Positions 1 through 14,153 of a DNA stretch of 64,000 nucleotides are shown piece after piece (positions within the stretch are counted from its first letter, which is position 1; each line of letters starts with the position of its first letter). A program made the position numbers and the translations under genes. Source of the DNA: Piromyces finnis finn (Eukaryota > Fungi > Neocallimastigomycota); assembly GCA_002104945.1 (NCBI GenBank), contig MCFH01000035.1, positions 372,001 through 436,000 of the forward strand, given 5' to 3'. The notes beneath the pieces were generated by a model. That model made no database searches, had not been told where the DNA came from, and saw only the letters and a program-made list of their open reading frames with translations.

Positions 1-115
1 TTTTATAATGGTTAATATAATTATTAATATGAATTTTTTTTTTACATTTAACATTACTAATCCATACCTAGGTCATTATGATATTAATAACTAAATATTA
101 GAAAAAATAGTTTTA

Positions 116-255
116 ATGCATAAAGTATTATTATCTTAATGTTATTAGGCACTAGCTTAAATGCATAAAGTATTATTATCTTAATGTTATTAGGCACTAG
201 CTTAAATGCATAAAGTATTATTATCTTAATGTTATTAGGCACTAGCTTAAATGCA
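116..255. repeat. Tandem minisatellite, 3 identical 45-bp units plus a 5-nt partial unit
   Basis: ATGCATAAAGTATTATTATCTTAATGTTATTAGGCACTAGCTTAA at 116-160, 161-205 and 206-250, then ATGCA; no spacers between units. Confidence 0.95.
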
Positions 256-2553
256 TTAAATAATAATTACCATTCATTATATTCATTATATTCATTATGG
301 TCATTATGGTCCTTTTAATATTTTATATTTTTAATCAATACACACTAAACACCACACCTTTCTTCATGCTTAAGGGAAAGATGAAAAAAAGCATTTTTTA
401 TTATTTTTTATTGTAATTAAATTAAAAAATTAATTGAATTAATTGTATTATTACATTTAATATACGTATTAATATAAATATTATATTACATTATATGGCA
501 TTTATTGAAATTTTATATGTCATATTAATAGAATTAATAAATTAATTAATATTAAATCATCTATAGAGAATAAAAAAATTAATATATTTTGGTTCATCTG
601 TAATTTATTATAAAATACACTTTATATATAGAATTGATTTATTTTTTATATATTGGATTATATATACTATGAGAAAATAATGGTGTATAAAGAAAATGTT
701 ACATCCTAACCCATTCATTTTTTTATATTAAAAAAAATAGATTTCCCTTCGTTCTATTGTAAATTAAATTTATATATTGTAATATATTATTACTATATTA
801 TTATATATAGTAACATTCATTTTAATAAAGGGAAATAATCATTAATAATAAATTAAAGTTCATTCATTCAATATATTGTTAAAATAATAATTTATTATAA
901 TATATTTATAATTGTATTGTTATATATTGTTATTATTTATTATAATATATGATATAAATATAATTTATATAATACGAATCCTATATAATTTTATAAATAA
1001 CATTATACTTAATATTTAAAGTTATTAATATAAACTTTTTAATATTATAACACCTATTAATATATAAAATATCTTTTTATATATATATTAAATATAATTC
1101 AATATAAACATTAATATATTAAATTTAAATAATTTAAACTTTTTTTCTCTTATAAAAGCAATCATTTTCTCCTCAAACCTTTCCTTTTTTTTCTTATAAA
1201 AAAAATATAAAAAAAATTTTTTTACTATAAAAAATTTTTTAACAAAAAAATATATTTAAAAAAAAAAACCATTTCCTTTTTTTTTTATTTTTATATAAAA
1301 TTTAGTCATTAATTTATTTTTTTTATTTCTTTTCTTTTTTATATCTCTACTATTTTTTTTATTTTTTTTTACTACTTTTTATTATAAAATCATTCTTTAT
1401 TTTTTTTAAAAAAAAAATTATTTCTAAGTACACATTTTTTTATTTAAAAAATTTCCTTTAAAAATTTTAAAAAGCTATTTAGAAATTCCTTTTTCACCCT
1501 AAAGTAAAAAAGAAATACAAAAATAACTTTAAAAATTTTTATTTAATAATTGTTAATATCTTTAGTATTTTTTAATAATAGAAAATATATATTTCATTAA
1601 AATATATAATATATAAAAAATACAAAAAAAATATACATAATTTATACTATACTGCAAATAACAACCAATACATTTGAAAAAAAAACATTTCAATTACACA
1701 TACATATTATAAAAATACATTAATTATATAAAAATATTTATATATTTTTGATACCTTTTAAGAAATTGCATATATAGAAAACAATTTTTTTTACTTTATA
1801 GTAAAAAAATAATTAGAAAATTACAATTTTTAGAATATAATAGAATATATTTTTAAACTTTTTGTAATTAGTTTTTTTTTTATGTATAATATACAGTTTT
1901 TATTGTAAATTATTTAAATTTATAAATAGATCAACACATACATTCAAAAAATAATTTAAACGATCATAATACATAAATCTTTGTCAATATATTTAATACA
2001 ATAAAAGATTTAGAAAACAATAACTATCTTTATTTACTAATAATAACCACATATTTATTTTTTGGTTTTTTTTAAAAAACATTGATATCACCCAATTTCA
2101 TAATACAACCTAATTGGTGATTAAATACAACAGCCTAATATATATATATAAGAAGTGAAAGTTATTAAAATTTGTTTTTGATACTAAAAATAAATACTTA
2201 ATAATTAAAACTTTTGTGTATATACATAATAATAATTAATATTCTAATGATAAATAATTTTTCAAAATATTTATAAAAATATTCAGAATTTATTTTTCAT
2301 TAAATAATGATAATATATTAAAAGTAAAGTAATATCAACGTAATAAAATGAAAATATAAGCAATTAAAATACAATACATTAATAAGAACAACAATAATAC
2401 ATTATAAAATTAAATACACAAGAACTCTATTAAAATTATATTATATAACGAAAAGCATATCTTATTTCTAGACTTTTTAAAGTATCAATTAATTATTTAT
2501 TTAAATTAAAAGAAATATTAATTTTAAAACATTAAAACGTTACAATAATCCAA

Positions 2554-3249
2554 ATGTCAAAGAGTATTTTAAAGAAAAGTATTTCTAAGAGTAATTTAAA
2601 GGTACAGAAACATGTTAGTTTTAATGAAATGGTTTCTGTAGGTTACACTCATCACCCAGATAACTATGATAGATCGGTTATTGAAACCTCCACTCTCACT
2701 AAAAAGGATATTGAAGAGATTTTAAAAATGAGAGAAGAAATGTGTAAGGAAACTCAAAGATTAGTCAAGAAGCAACGTGAAATTGAAATGCAAATCTTGG
2801 CTAGAAGAGAAGAAGAAAGCAAGCGTATTGCTAGCTTTAAGTTGGCTCAGTTACAAAAGCGTATGTCTAAGGAATTAAGATTCCAAATGGAAGTTCAAGG
2901 CTTCCAAAATGTTCTTAATCATCCATGGGCTATGTGTCAACCACCAAACGGTTATTATCCACCAGCTACTACTATTCCAAGTAATCCATCCCTCTATGCT
3001 CAAGCACCAGTTCAAAATAATATGGCATTTTCTCTTCCAATGGTTCAGAAATCTTATCCAGCTTTCAGACAGTCTTCTCCAATTTTACCAAATCAAATGT
3101 TTAATAATCCAAACTTAATGCCAAACCCTCTTCCACAACCAACTCAATCTCTTTATTCCTATCCAGTGAATCCATACCAAAACTATTACTATGGTGAAAT
3201 GATGACTCCAATGGGATACAACATGCTTATCCCAGAGTCTGTAATATAA
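2554..3249 (+). CDS. Putative protein phosphatase 1 (PP1) regulatory subunit, Bni4/neurabin-type docking motifs, 231 aa, intronless
   Basis: Open frame with coding-like composition. The N-terminus carries SILK (aa 4-7), an RVxF motif KHVSF (aa 19-23), VSV and the T-x5-YDR motif, followed by a charged coiled-coil-like stretch and a Pro/Gln/Tyr/Met-rich tail. Confidence 0.75.
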   Translation: MSKSILKKSISKSNLKVQKHVSFNEMVSVGYTHHPDNYDRSVIETSTLTKKDIEEILKMREEMCKETQRLVKKQREIEMQILARREEESKRIASFKLAQLQKRMSKELRFQMEVQGFQNVLNHPWAMCQPPNGYYPPATTIPSNPSLYAQAPVQNNMAFSLPMVQKSYPAFRQSSPILPNQMFNNPNLMPNPLPQPTQSLYSYPVNPYQNYYYGEMMTPMGYNMLIPESVI

Positions 3250-4999
3250 ATTATTTCATAAAATATTAAATGAAATTGTAAAATATACCCCACCTATTAT
3301 AGCATTAAAAAAATACCTTGTATATTCTCTAGTATTTATTTAAAAATGGGAATATTACATACATTTAAAATGGGTTTTTTTAAAATGTAAATCTTGGAAA
3401 ACAATTATTTATGTATAAACAAACAATTATTAATTGAAATCAATACATTAAAGTAGTTTTCAACTTAGGAAAGGGGAAAATTTCTAAAAGTCATTTCATA
3501 AAAATCATTTCAAATAGTAAAATTTAATTACAATTATATATCTATACAATTCAACAATAGATGTATATAAATATGTACTTTAGTTCATAAAAAAATATTG
3601 AAACTATTTATTTATAATGGGTAGTAAATAGTTAAAAAAATATTTTAAAAATTTTTTTAAATTTCATTTTTTTTGTTTTATGATATAAAGCTTAATTCTA
3701 TTAAAGTAAAATTTAGATTAATAATAGTAATTATTATTACTAAAATTAATATAGGAGGAATATATAATTTAATAATTTATTTTTTATTGTATATAGTGAT
3801 AAAAATTAAATAGAATTTATTGATATATACAGTCATTATTAAATAGAAAAATTTCATCCACAACATATAGCAAAACAGTAATAATTATTATTATTATTTA
3901 AAATTCAAGTTTTAATTTCAAAATGCATAAATTATTAAAATTCTTTTTTGCATCATCATCTTTTCAACATCAAAATATTACTCATGATGATAGTAATAAG
4001 GGTAGGTAAGCAAAATATATGGCTTATCCTCTACTATAAGAAGAAAAGATAAAACTCAAAAAAGTGTAAAATTTTCTATTATTTAGAAAAATCAATATAA
4101 GAATTGAAAGAAATTACAAAATGCAATGGGATTAATTTTTTTTTTCTAAGATAATCCCATCAAAATTCAAAATTTATTTTTAAAGACAAAATCAACCAAA
4201 ATAATCTATCTTTTTTTTTTTTACAATTACACAATTTTAATATCTATTAATCCAAAAATATTATGGTTATTTTGAATTTAAAATCAAAATTAATTATAAA
4301 TAATATGTATAGATTTTTTTTGAATCCAAAACAATAACAATTAATCTGTATAGTACTTATTATGGCTGGTACCAGAATAAAAGCTAGGTATAGATTAAAA
4401 ACTTTTTTTGGAAAAAAGTTTTTATTGAAAGGAGTCAAATAATTATCGACTACGTAGTAAAGTTATAATTAAACTTTCATTCTTTAAAAAAAAATAGGCA
4501 GTATATATACGGATGGATGGGATGGATGAATGAAATTCCATACAATGCAGTATATAAAGTTCAAAAATAATAATTAAAAAAAAAAAAAAGATCAAAGGAA
4601 GATAATAGCAAAATGAAAAGAATCGTATTTTAAATTATAGCCAAATATCTATGGGAATAATAATTCAAATTGGGAAGAATGCAATAAATTAAAAGAATAA
4701 CACATAGAAGTTATTCAAGATACCAATTAAAATAATTTCTTATTGGTAGGAATTATTTTAAAATTAATTTATTTTAAATTCTTTTTATTTGTAAAAAACA
4801 AAATTTGATTTTGTTTTTTCTTCAGTTCTAATTAAATTTTAGGAAATTTATTTTCCAAAGAAAGATACGAATTCTTTTTTTATGATAGCTTTTTCATAAA
4901 TTATTTATATAATATTTGGAAAAGTGAAATAAAAACGACCAAAAAAAAAAAATTGATCCTGATTTTTTTTATATGAGATGAATAATATGGTAGTTGTTT

Positions 5000-5042
<43 letters not shown>

Positions 5043-5591
5043 ATTAGTTAATAATTAGTATACCCATTTATAGTTTTCAGTAATTATAAATTTAGAATTA
5101 GTAATCTAATTTTTTAAAAACAAAAAAAAACAAAAAAAAAAACAAAAAATATTATTCAAAAGTTAAAAGATAAAAAAAGATAAAAGAATATTGAAAAAAA
5201 TTTTTTTTTTTTTTTTTTTACGAAAATTTTTTTTTTAAAAGTAAGGAAAATTTATTGATTTTTAAAAGTAAAAATTTTCATTTTTTTATAGTGAAAATTT
5301 TTTATTTTTTTTTTTTAAGAAAAAAAAATAGTTTAACTAAATAAATAAAAAATAATCAATAAATTAAAAAAAAAAAGTCTTTACAAATATAGTGTTTTAA
5401 TATTTATTAAAAATTAATATTTTAATTAATTTTGGCTAAAATAGCAAAAGTATTTAGCCTATCACACACGCCGCCTACACACATTTATTTTTTTTTTTTT
5501 TTTCAAGGTATACAAGTTTTTTATTTTCTGTAAAATTTTTCCCTTTTTTTTTTACCAAATAAAATAAAAAAAAAAAAATTTAGTTGGTTTT

Positions 5592-7421
5592 TCAAATTTC
5601 TTCAAAAGGATAAAGTTCACGAATGACACTGTAATAAAAGTCTTGAACGTTAAAACGATCCATACAAAGATGAAGGGTCCAACGATCATTTAAATCAAAA
5701 TGATCAGCATGCACTGTTCCTTTATAATGACCCCATTTCGCACTTTCTACTCCGACTAACCCATCATTCTCTACCTGACCGGTGCGTTTAATAATTTGCT
5801 GAGAAATACACAAGGGATTAAGAAGAGGAATACGACGGGAGGCCCCGTACGATTGATACATCACCTCTGGATCATCCGGCGTTAAAGGATTAAATATATT
5901 GTTGCAAAAGTCAGTCGTTAAAATACGATAGGCTGGCATGTCAAAAGCTGACATTAATTTACATAGCATATGATAATAGGAAGAGGTTTGCATGTCATAA
6001 ATTTCTTCCAACAAACGCATATTATAATTGTTAATGATGGGAGAGGAGGAATAGTTGAAAAGAAGAGAAAGAGCTAAGCTGTTATTCTCTTTTATTTCTT
6101 GAAGAGCATGTTCATCATAGCCACCTTGTTTTGCCTCTGCTGCTGCTGCTGCTGCTTCTGCCTCACCTTCCTTTCCTTTACTAAACGTTTTAAAAAATAA
6201 TTTTGAAAAAGATGGTCGAGGAAGCTGACGTTTTTGTTGTTGTTGTTGTTGTTGCTGTTGTTCCCTCCTATTAAAAATAATAGATGCATTTTTAATGGAT
6301 TTAGCCATAAATGATGGTTGGACCGATGGTATATGTTTAGGATCGCGTATCCATCCAACGCCAAATTTTTTACGACACCAATCCATAAATGGTGATCCAC
6401 GATGAGGTGTAGAAAGTGTCGTCAAGGTTAATACTTTAAAGGACCGTTGTTGTTTTAAATGTGTAATTAAATATCGACAATCAAGTCCACCCTAAATATT
6501 AAAAGGGAAAAAAAAAAAAGATCATTAATGTTATGATAATGATGATGATAACTAGGATTGTCGTCGTCGTCGTCGTCGTCTTATTTATTATTATTAAAAA
6601 TAAGATGAAATTATAATATTTATTCTATTTTATTTTTAAAATAAAAATTCTAAAATTTAAATTGACTTTAAATTACCATAGAATGAGCTATTAAATGTAC
6701 TTGTTGTTTAGGGAAATTTGCTTCAATAAAATTCATTAATTCATGAGCTCTATATTTTACACCGCCAGCTGGTGATACTTTAGGTACAACAACTTTACAA
6801 CCTAGCTGTTCTAAATATTTTTGGATTTTATTCCAATAATGAACTTGTAAAAATGGTATATTTTCCGGACCTAATAAAAATAATTATTATATTAGATTAT
6901 AAATTAATATTTTTTTTAAGTTTTAGCCATATTATAAATATATATATAATGCTATAATATTGCAAATTGATAATAGATAGATAATAATAACACCATACCT
7001 TTTTTATCAAATCCAAATAATCCTTTTTATATAAAAAAAAATTATAAAAAAATAAATATCTTTTTTCTTTTTTATATTTAAATAAACTATACTTTTATAA
7101 TGTAAAAAATTTACCATGACATAGTACTATTGGATATTTTAAGGGTTTTGTAACAGTGGTAATATCTACATTTTCTATTTTTGTTATATTATGGAATGAA
7201 GAGGTAGAAGAAGCTTTATCAAAATGAAGAATTTTTTCATTATTTTGTAATAAATTTTTGGTATATTGAGAAAGTTTTAATTTTTTTTCTTGTTTTTTGG
7301 TATCTTTTATCAAGTGCTCAACACTGACATTTTTTATGGTTGAAAAATTACATTTTAATAGTTTTGGAAATTGTTGATTCAATTTTGAAAAACTATCTAT
7401 ATTTAATACTTCTAAAACCAT
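5592..7421 (-). CDS. TGL2: Triacylglycerol lipase, Tgl2/lipase-2 type alpha/beta hydrolase, about 474 aa, 4 exons
   Basis: Exons 7421-7115, 7022-6999 (24-nt micro-exon), 6870-6677 and 6491-5592, all GT-AG and in phase. The spliced product gives YPIVLCHGLFGFD, HLIAHSMGGLDCRY (nucleophile elbow), TLSTPHRGSP, NDGLV (catalytic Asp) and ADHFDL (catalytic His). Confidence 0.88.
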
Positions 7422-7544
7422 CTTTTATATATACATATATTTTTTTATTTATTTATTTAAAATATTTTTATTTTATTTTATTTTTTTTTTTTTTTTTTTT
7501 TTGATATTATTATCACAATTTACTCTCTCTCTCTATACTTTTAA

Positions 7545-7575
<31 letters not shown>

Positions 7576-10500
7576 CTTTAATATGTATTGTTATTTTTAT
7601 TGTTACTATAATAGGATATGAATGTATTGTTTGTTGAATGTATTACAAATGTGTAATATTGTTGCTCTAATTATACTAATTTTACTTGTTTTTATTGATT
7701 TGTATAATTATTTTTTTTTCTTTATTATTAATGAGTAATTAATGATTTTCTCTTTTTTAATATTTATATTTTATACAAATTTATTATTATTATATATTAT
7801 ATTTGCTTTCTTGCTTTACTATTAAAATATTAATGACTTAAATTATCTAAAATTTATATTCCTAAAAAAAAAAAAAATGAATTTCAAAAGTTGTACTATT
7901 GTACTATCCTATTTATAAATAAAACATGTAATATATAAAATATTAAATAAACTACTCCTATAAGGGTTTACGTTATGAAAATAATTACATTACTAAATAT
8001 ATGATAATATATTAAATTATTTGTTTATACTGCTTTTTTTTTTCACAATTTCATTAACTTTTTATATAAATAAATATTACTCTTTGATACAATTAAAAAG
8101 AACAAAAAATAATTTAGAAAATATAAATTAAATTAATTATGACTTTATTTTTTTTTTTTTTTGCTTTTTATTACTCTATGAATGCGTTAGTTGGTTGTTA
8201 TCATTATAAAACTTTTTTATTATTATTATTTCTTTTGTACATAAAAAATGAATTTATATTTTTGGATGGTTTGAAGTCTTCATTTAATTAATATTATTTT
8301 TTAAAAAGATAACAAAACGTTTTGTATTTTCTTTTTTATTATCATTAAAAAAAAAAGTTTAAAAAGGAGAAATTTGAATTATTTATTTAATTTATTTTAT
8401 ATACGTAGAATAGAATGTATTTCAATGACAATGATATATTACGTGTTTATTGTTGATATATTCAATAATTAATTGTTAATTACAAAAGTGCCAACGTACA
8501 AAAAAATAAAGAAATATTTAAATTTTGGTATGTATAAAATTAAAATTAATTCATATATTAATATTTAAATTTAATTCTATTTAATAGAATTATATATTGT
8601 AATAATTATATTCATAATATATTATTTATATTTATGAATAAAATAATACAAAATTGAATGATCTATATATAGAATGGTATAGTAATATTATGTAATATAT
8701 GTAAAATAACGTATACATTAATTTAATGAACTATACGATAAAAAAAAAACTTTTTTTTATTGACTTAATGCTCTATACCCTGTTTGTATACTGTTGTTGT
8801 TTCTGTTTCAGTTTAAAAATACTTTATGGTAATAAAGGATTAGAACAACAAATATATATATAAATATTTATTGTATTTTTAAATCGTACTATTATTTGCA
8901 ATGACAATAAAGTAAGATATAAATTTAATGATCAAATCTTTTATTATTTATAGTTTAAATAATTAAAAAAAAAAAATAAACAACTAAACTTTTACATTTA
9001 ATTAAAATAAACTCTTTAAAAAATTAAAAATAATAAAATTAAAATTAAGAAAAAAGAAAAAAAAAACCTCATATGATAAACCTTTTTATAATAAATAGGA
9101 ATTAAATATAAAAAGTTAAGTATTATAAAGTTAAATATTATAATAAGAAATTACCTTTTTTCTTCTAAAAAATTAATCCGCTGACTTTTTATATTAAAAT
9201 ACAAATTAAACATTTTTTTAATATTTTTTTAATATTTATCCACCAAAAAATTAAATTAAAAAAAAAAAGGAAAAGTATAAACAATTTTAATTAATTTAAA
9301 ATAATAATAATAATAATAATAAAACTTATAAATAATAATAATAATAATAAATATGAAATATGAAATAAAATAAATATATAATACTTATTATATATTTATT
9401 ATATATTTTTTAAAATGTATAAACTTTACTACTCTTAAACTCTTTTAAAAATATCATTTATTTTTTTTTTAGTTTTCTAAAAATCCAAGTATTTTATAAA
9501 TTTATTCACAAACTAACTTTCAATACATTTGTTTTATTTTATAAATTTATTAATAGATTTACATAAAGGATATCACTATGAATTTATAAAGAAAACTAAA
9601 TGCATTTAAAAAAAGGTTGTTGCTTGCGAAAAAATTTTGAAATTATAATTATTCATATGATATCGTAAATTTTTATAGTTACTTAAAATTATTATAAAAG
9701 TTTTTACTTTATAAAAAAAAAAAAAAAGATTGATAAATCTTTTTTGTTTTTGAAGAGTTTTTTAAAAGTATATTTTGTGTATCTAATTTTGTATTTGACT
9801 TAATTTCTATTTTTCTTAATAGCAACATAAAATATATAAATTAATAGACAGATACTATTATTTTATTTCTTTAATAAAATATTTTTATTTACAATTTACC
9901 ATTTCTTTTATTACTTTTTTATATTGTATTTGATAAATATGTATATGTATAAATAATTTTTCTTGAATAAAAATTAAATTTGTATGGACTTTAAATTTCA
10001 TTTTAATTTTAAAATTCAATACATATGAAAGTAAAAACTATATATGTTATTTAATAATTTATATTCTCAAATCAGTTAAATATATATATATATAATCTAA
10101 CGTTTTCATTCGAGAAAGAAACAAAACGGAAAATTTTAAATTTATATTTAGTAAATAAAATAATATTTCTAATGATGTTGAATATCTATTTCTTTTGAGA
10201 ATATTAAGGAAATTCTTCAAGTTTATTGTTCATTAACTCAAGGAACAATATATACTTATTTATTCAAGTTAAAAATTTTATTTAGCCAAAATAACCTAAT
10301 TCATTTATTTTTTGTTATGCGATATATATAATTTATGAAATATTAAAAATAACATAACAACTAATATATACTAATAAGGAACTTTATTGAGTTATATTAA
10401 TTCTTTATATTCCAAATATAAATAGAAACATAAAATTATAACTTTAAAATTATATACTATGCATTCTATTATTTTAATTTATCAACAATACATTGAGTTT

Positions 10501-11819
10501 TAAAATAAAAAAGATATATTTTACCTATCTAAAAGACTAATTATTTAATGATAATGATTGGATGGATAACTTTTTTATATATAGTTTTTAAGAAATATAT
10601 ATGGAAATATTGGAATAAAGTAAAATACTTTGTGAGAAAAAATAAAGATCTATAATACTTTTTTAGCATTATATAATAAATAATAACATATCACTATATT
10701 GTTCTATTAAATAGAAATAATAATCCCACTCAATTATACATGTTATTATTTAAAATAATAAAAATATCTCAAATAATTTATTATCTACTCATTTTTACTT
10801 AAACTATAACACTTTTTTTTTTGTTACATAATAAATTAAATTTCTATTAAATATCATTTTCATAATATAAAACTAAAAAAAATATAAGGTACATTATATT
10901 ATGAAAGAATATAATTGACTATTTTTTACTATCTTTTTTGTTTTTAATGTTTAAATAAAAAAAAAAACTTTCAGTATTTTTTCATTTTGAAATATTATTT
11001 AAGATTTTTATAATAATTTAAAATTGATATGTCTCATGTGTAAAGGGTTAGAGAATTATAATGAAATTTCTCAAAAACTGTCATTTTATTTTCTACAATA
11101 TTTTACTCAAACAAAATAAAAAATGTTAACTAAAAAAATAAAAGAATGTTATTATTATAAATAAATACATTTTCATTTTTATTTTAAACAAAAGAAATTG
11201 AAAATTGTATTTCATTAATATTAACTTGTTATTGTTATATATAAATTTCAATAATATTTAATGTAACACTTTATAAATATCTTATTAAAATATATATATT
11301 TTTTTTGTATTAATTGATATTTTAAAATAATAACAACATACTAAATAAAAATAGTTAATTGTGCAATAAAAATTCTCTAAAGTTTTAAGAATATATGTAA
11401 TGAAAGACTTTAAATAAATTAATTCATTAAAAAAAAAAAGTTATAATTAAGTATGAATTAGTATTACTAAAATTATATATAAATAAAATTTTAATAATAC
11501 TAATGCATACTTATTTTTAATTTTTAATAGACTTTATAATATTATAATTTCTTTTATTCATTATACCACATAGATTTACATTAAAAAATTATTGTACATT
11601 ATTGTATGAATGTAAATAACACATAATATATATGTATATATAAAAATATATTATGAACCAATCATAAATAAAGATTTCAAATATCAGCGAATCATATTCC
11701 TTAATTTTCCAAAAAACTCTATCTATTATTGGTAATATTAACAAAACCTAACAAAAGGAAATTTTTGAAGTTTTGTAGTTAGATTCCCTCTTTTTTTTTT
11801 ATAAGTCTGTTTTTTAGTC

Positions 11820-12595
11820 ATGCCACCAAAGAACGATCCAAGTGAAATTAAATACGGTATTGTTCGATGATTAGCATATTATGTTTTTTATTAATGTTTA
11901 AAAATATTTTTTCCTTATTGTTAATAATGAATGAATATAAAAAATGATGAATGAGTGTTAAATATTAATATTTATATATTTTTGTTAATAAATAAAATTG
12001 TTTTGATATATAGTTGTTCTCAGAACTACTGGTGGTGAAGTTGCTGGTGGTTCTACCCTTGCTCCAAAGATCGGTCCACTCGGTCTTGTAAATATCGAAA
12101 AATTAATATAAATGATGAATGGATTATAATATAATTAAAATAGATTAAAAATTGAAGAACATATTTATTAATATACAAAATATAATATATATAATTAATG
12201 GTAAATAGAACCCAAAGAAGGTTGGTGATGATATTGCCAAGGCTACTCAAGCTTACAAGGGTCTCCGTCTTACCGTTAGACTTGTTATCCAAAACAGACA
12301 AGCTAAGGTTGAAATTGTTCCAAGTGCCTCCACTTTAATTATCAAGGCTCTTAAGGAACCAGTCAGAGACCGTAAGAAGGAAAAGAACATCAAGCACGAT
12401 GGTAACCTTACTCTTGATGAAGTTATTGAAATCGCTCGTACCATGCGTGAAAAGTCTTACGCTAAGGATCTTGCTGGTGTTGTCCGTGAAATCCTTGGTA
12501 CCTGTTTCTCCATCGGTTGTACCGTTGAAGGTCAATCTCCAGTCGATGTCACTGAACAAATCAAGAACGGTGAAATTGATATCCCAAGCGAGTAA
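11820..12595 (+). CDS. RPL12: 60S ribosomal protein L12 (uL11), 165 aa, 3 exons
   Basis: Exons 11820-11856, 12014-12087 and 12209-12595. The product reads [50 protein letters not shown]...[15 protein letters not shown]...[16 protein letters not shown]; strong codon bias. Confidence 0.98.
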
Positions 12596-14153
12596 ACAGA
12601 TTGAATATGTATTGCTAAATTACATAAATAAATTCCAATTAAGTTAGAAAAAAATATCGAAATATATTTAATAATTTATGTGTTATTTTTTTAGATATTT
12701 AAATAAATATAGAATTATAAATTTATAGAAAAAATATTGTTATTATTGATGAAAATAGAATTATGTTTAGGGACTTATGGTTAATTTTTATTAAAAGGAT
12801 AAAAAGTTTTATTCGGTATATTGTAGAAATATTTTGTTTATAATAATAGGTATTAAGGTACAAGTATATTTTGTAGAAAGTAGTAGTAAATATTTTTAAG
12901 TAAAATTATTAAAAATAGGAATTTATGTATGTGTCAAAATTAGATTAATATTTAGAACAATATAATGTTAAAGGAATGATTCATAAGGCAGATCAATAGA
13001 CTATGTCAGGATAATTTTTTATTCCCTTGGTGTTAAATTATAAAAATTCATAAACCCATTTTCCTATTTACAGTAGTTTTAAAAAATAAAGTAATAATTG
13101 TTTTATAATAAATTAGATGCTGTTGTTTTCAGGTTCTATTAAATTTAAGGATTATTAATAATTCTATTTTTTAAAACAATGATTCCATTTACTTTTTTTT
13201 TTTTTTTTTGATTTGGAACCTTTTTACGAGTCAAACAACATTTTAGCCATCGTCACTTTTTAAATCTTTTACGGATAAGGTTAAAATCCTTGGTAAAATT
13301 TACCCAAAAAAAAAAAAAAAGAATAATAACAGGCATAGATAGTATTGACATAGATTTAAAATTTAAGTCCAAAAATTATAACACATACTAGAACTTTTTT
13401 TTAAATTTATTTATTTTATTTATTTATACTGAAATTCATCCTTTTTTTTTTTTTTTTTATTTGTTTGTTTGTTTGTTTGTTTTAATAAATAAATCTATTT
13501 TTCTATATCTATTTTGAACTTTTCTGAGTTGTTGTTGTTTGGTTTGTTTAGGGGAAGTTGTTTTTTTTTGTTTTGTTTTGTTTTGTTTTTTGGTCTTTTG
13601 AGGGGTTTTATTTTTTAAAAAAATAAAATATTATGATGAATAGTTATCATAGTAAATTTTCTTTTAACTAAAAAAAAATACTACTTAAACATAAAAAACT
13701 TCAAGGTTTCTAAATCTTTTCTTTTAATAACTAAAAATAAAAAAAAAGTTTTGGTCCTTTATTCTTTATCCTTTAAAAAGATAAAGAACTTGTGTAAATT
13801 CACTTTTTTTTTCAAAAGTATATAATATTGGAGAATTAAAATTAAATTTATAAAAAAAAAAAGTCTCCAAACACAAATTTTATTTTATAAAAAATATTTT
13901 TATTATTATTAATTTTTATATATTTTTTATTATAAATATTTTTTTTATAAAAATAATAATAAAATATTAACTGCTGGGTAAATTAATAAAAAAAAGTTTT
14001 AATTATATTTGCATGATAAACGATTTATATATAGTTGATAAGATGTACATATACTATAATTCTATTAATTTATAATAAAAAGGTGGGGATATTTCCTTTT
14101 TCTTAAAAAGGAAAAAGGATTAAATAATAAATGTTTAATGGAATTTAATTAAC

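Noticed and set aside
116-255. CRISPR array
   Set aside because: The units are directly adjacent with no unique spacers, the context is eukaryotic, and no cas genes are present.
6680-6695. AHSMG instead of GxSxG as a novel or bacterial lipase feature
   Set aside because: Ala in the first position is normal for Tgl2-type fungal lipases, and the gene has spliceosomal introns.
11857-12208. Intronic C/D snoRNAs in RPL12 (both introns contain AAATGATGAATG)
   Set aside because: C-box-like ATGATGA is present but no downstream CTGA D box or terminal stem is visible in either intron.
12053-12647. Four track ORFs over RPL12 (12053-12301, 12253-12444, 12335-12559, 12399-12647)
   Set aside because: Antisense or off-frame shadows; the real RPL12 frame is spliced and absent from the track.
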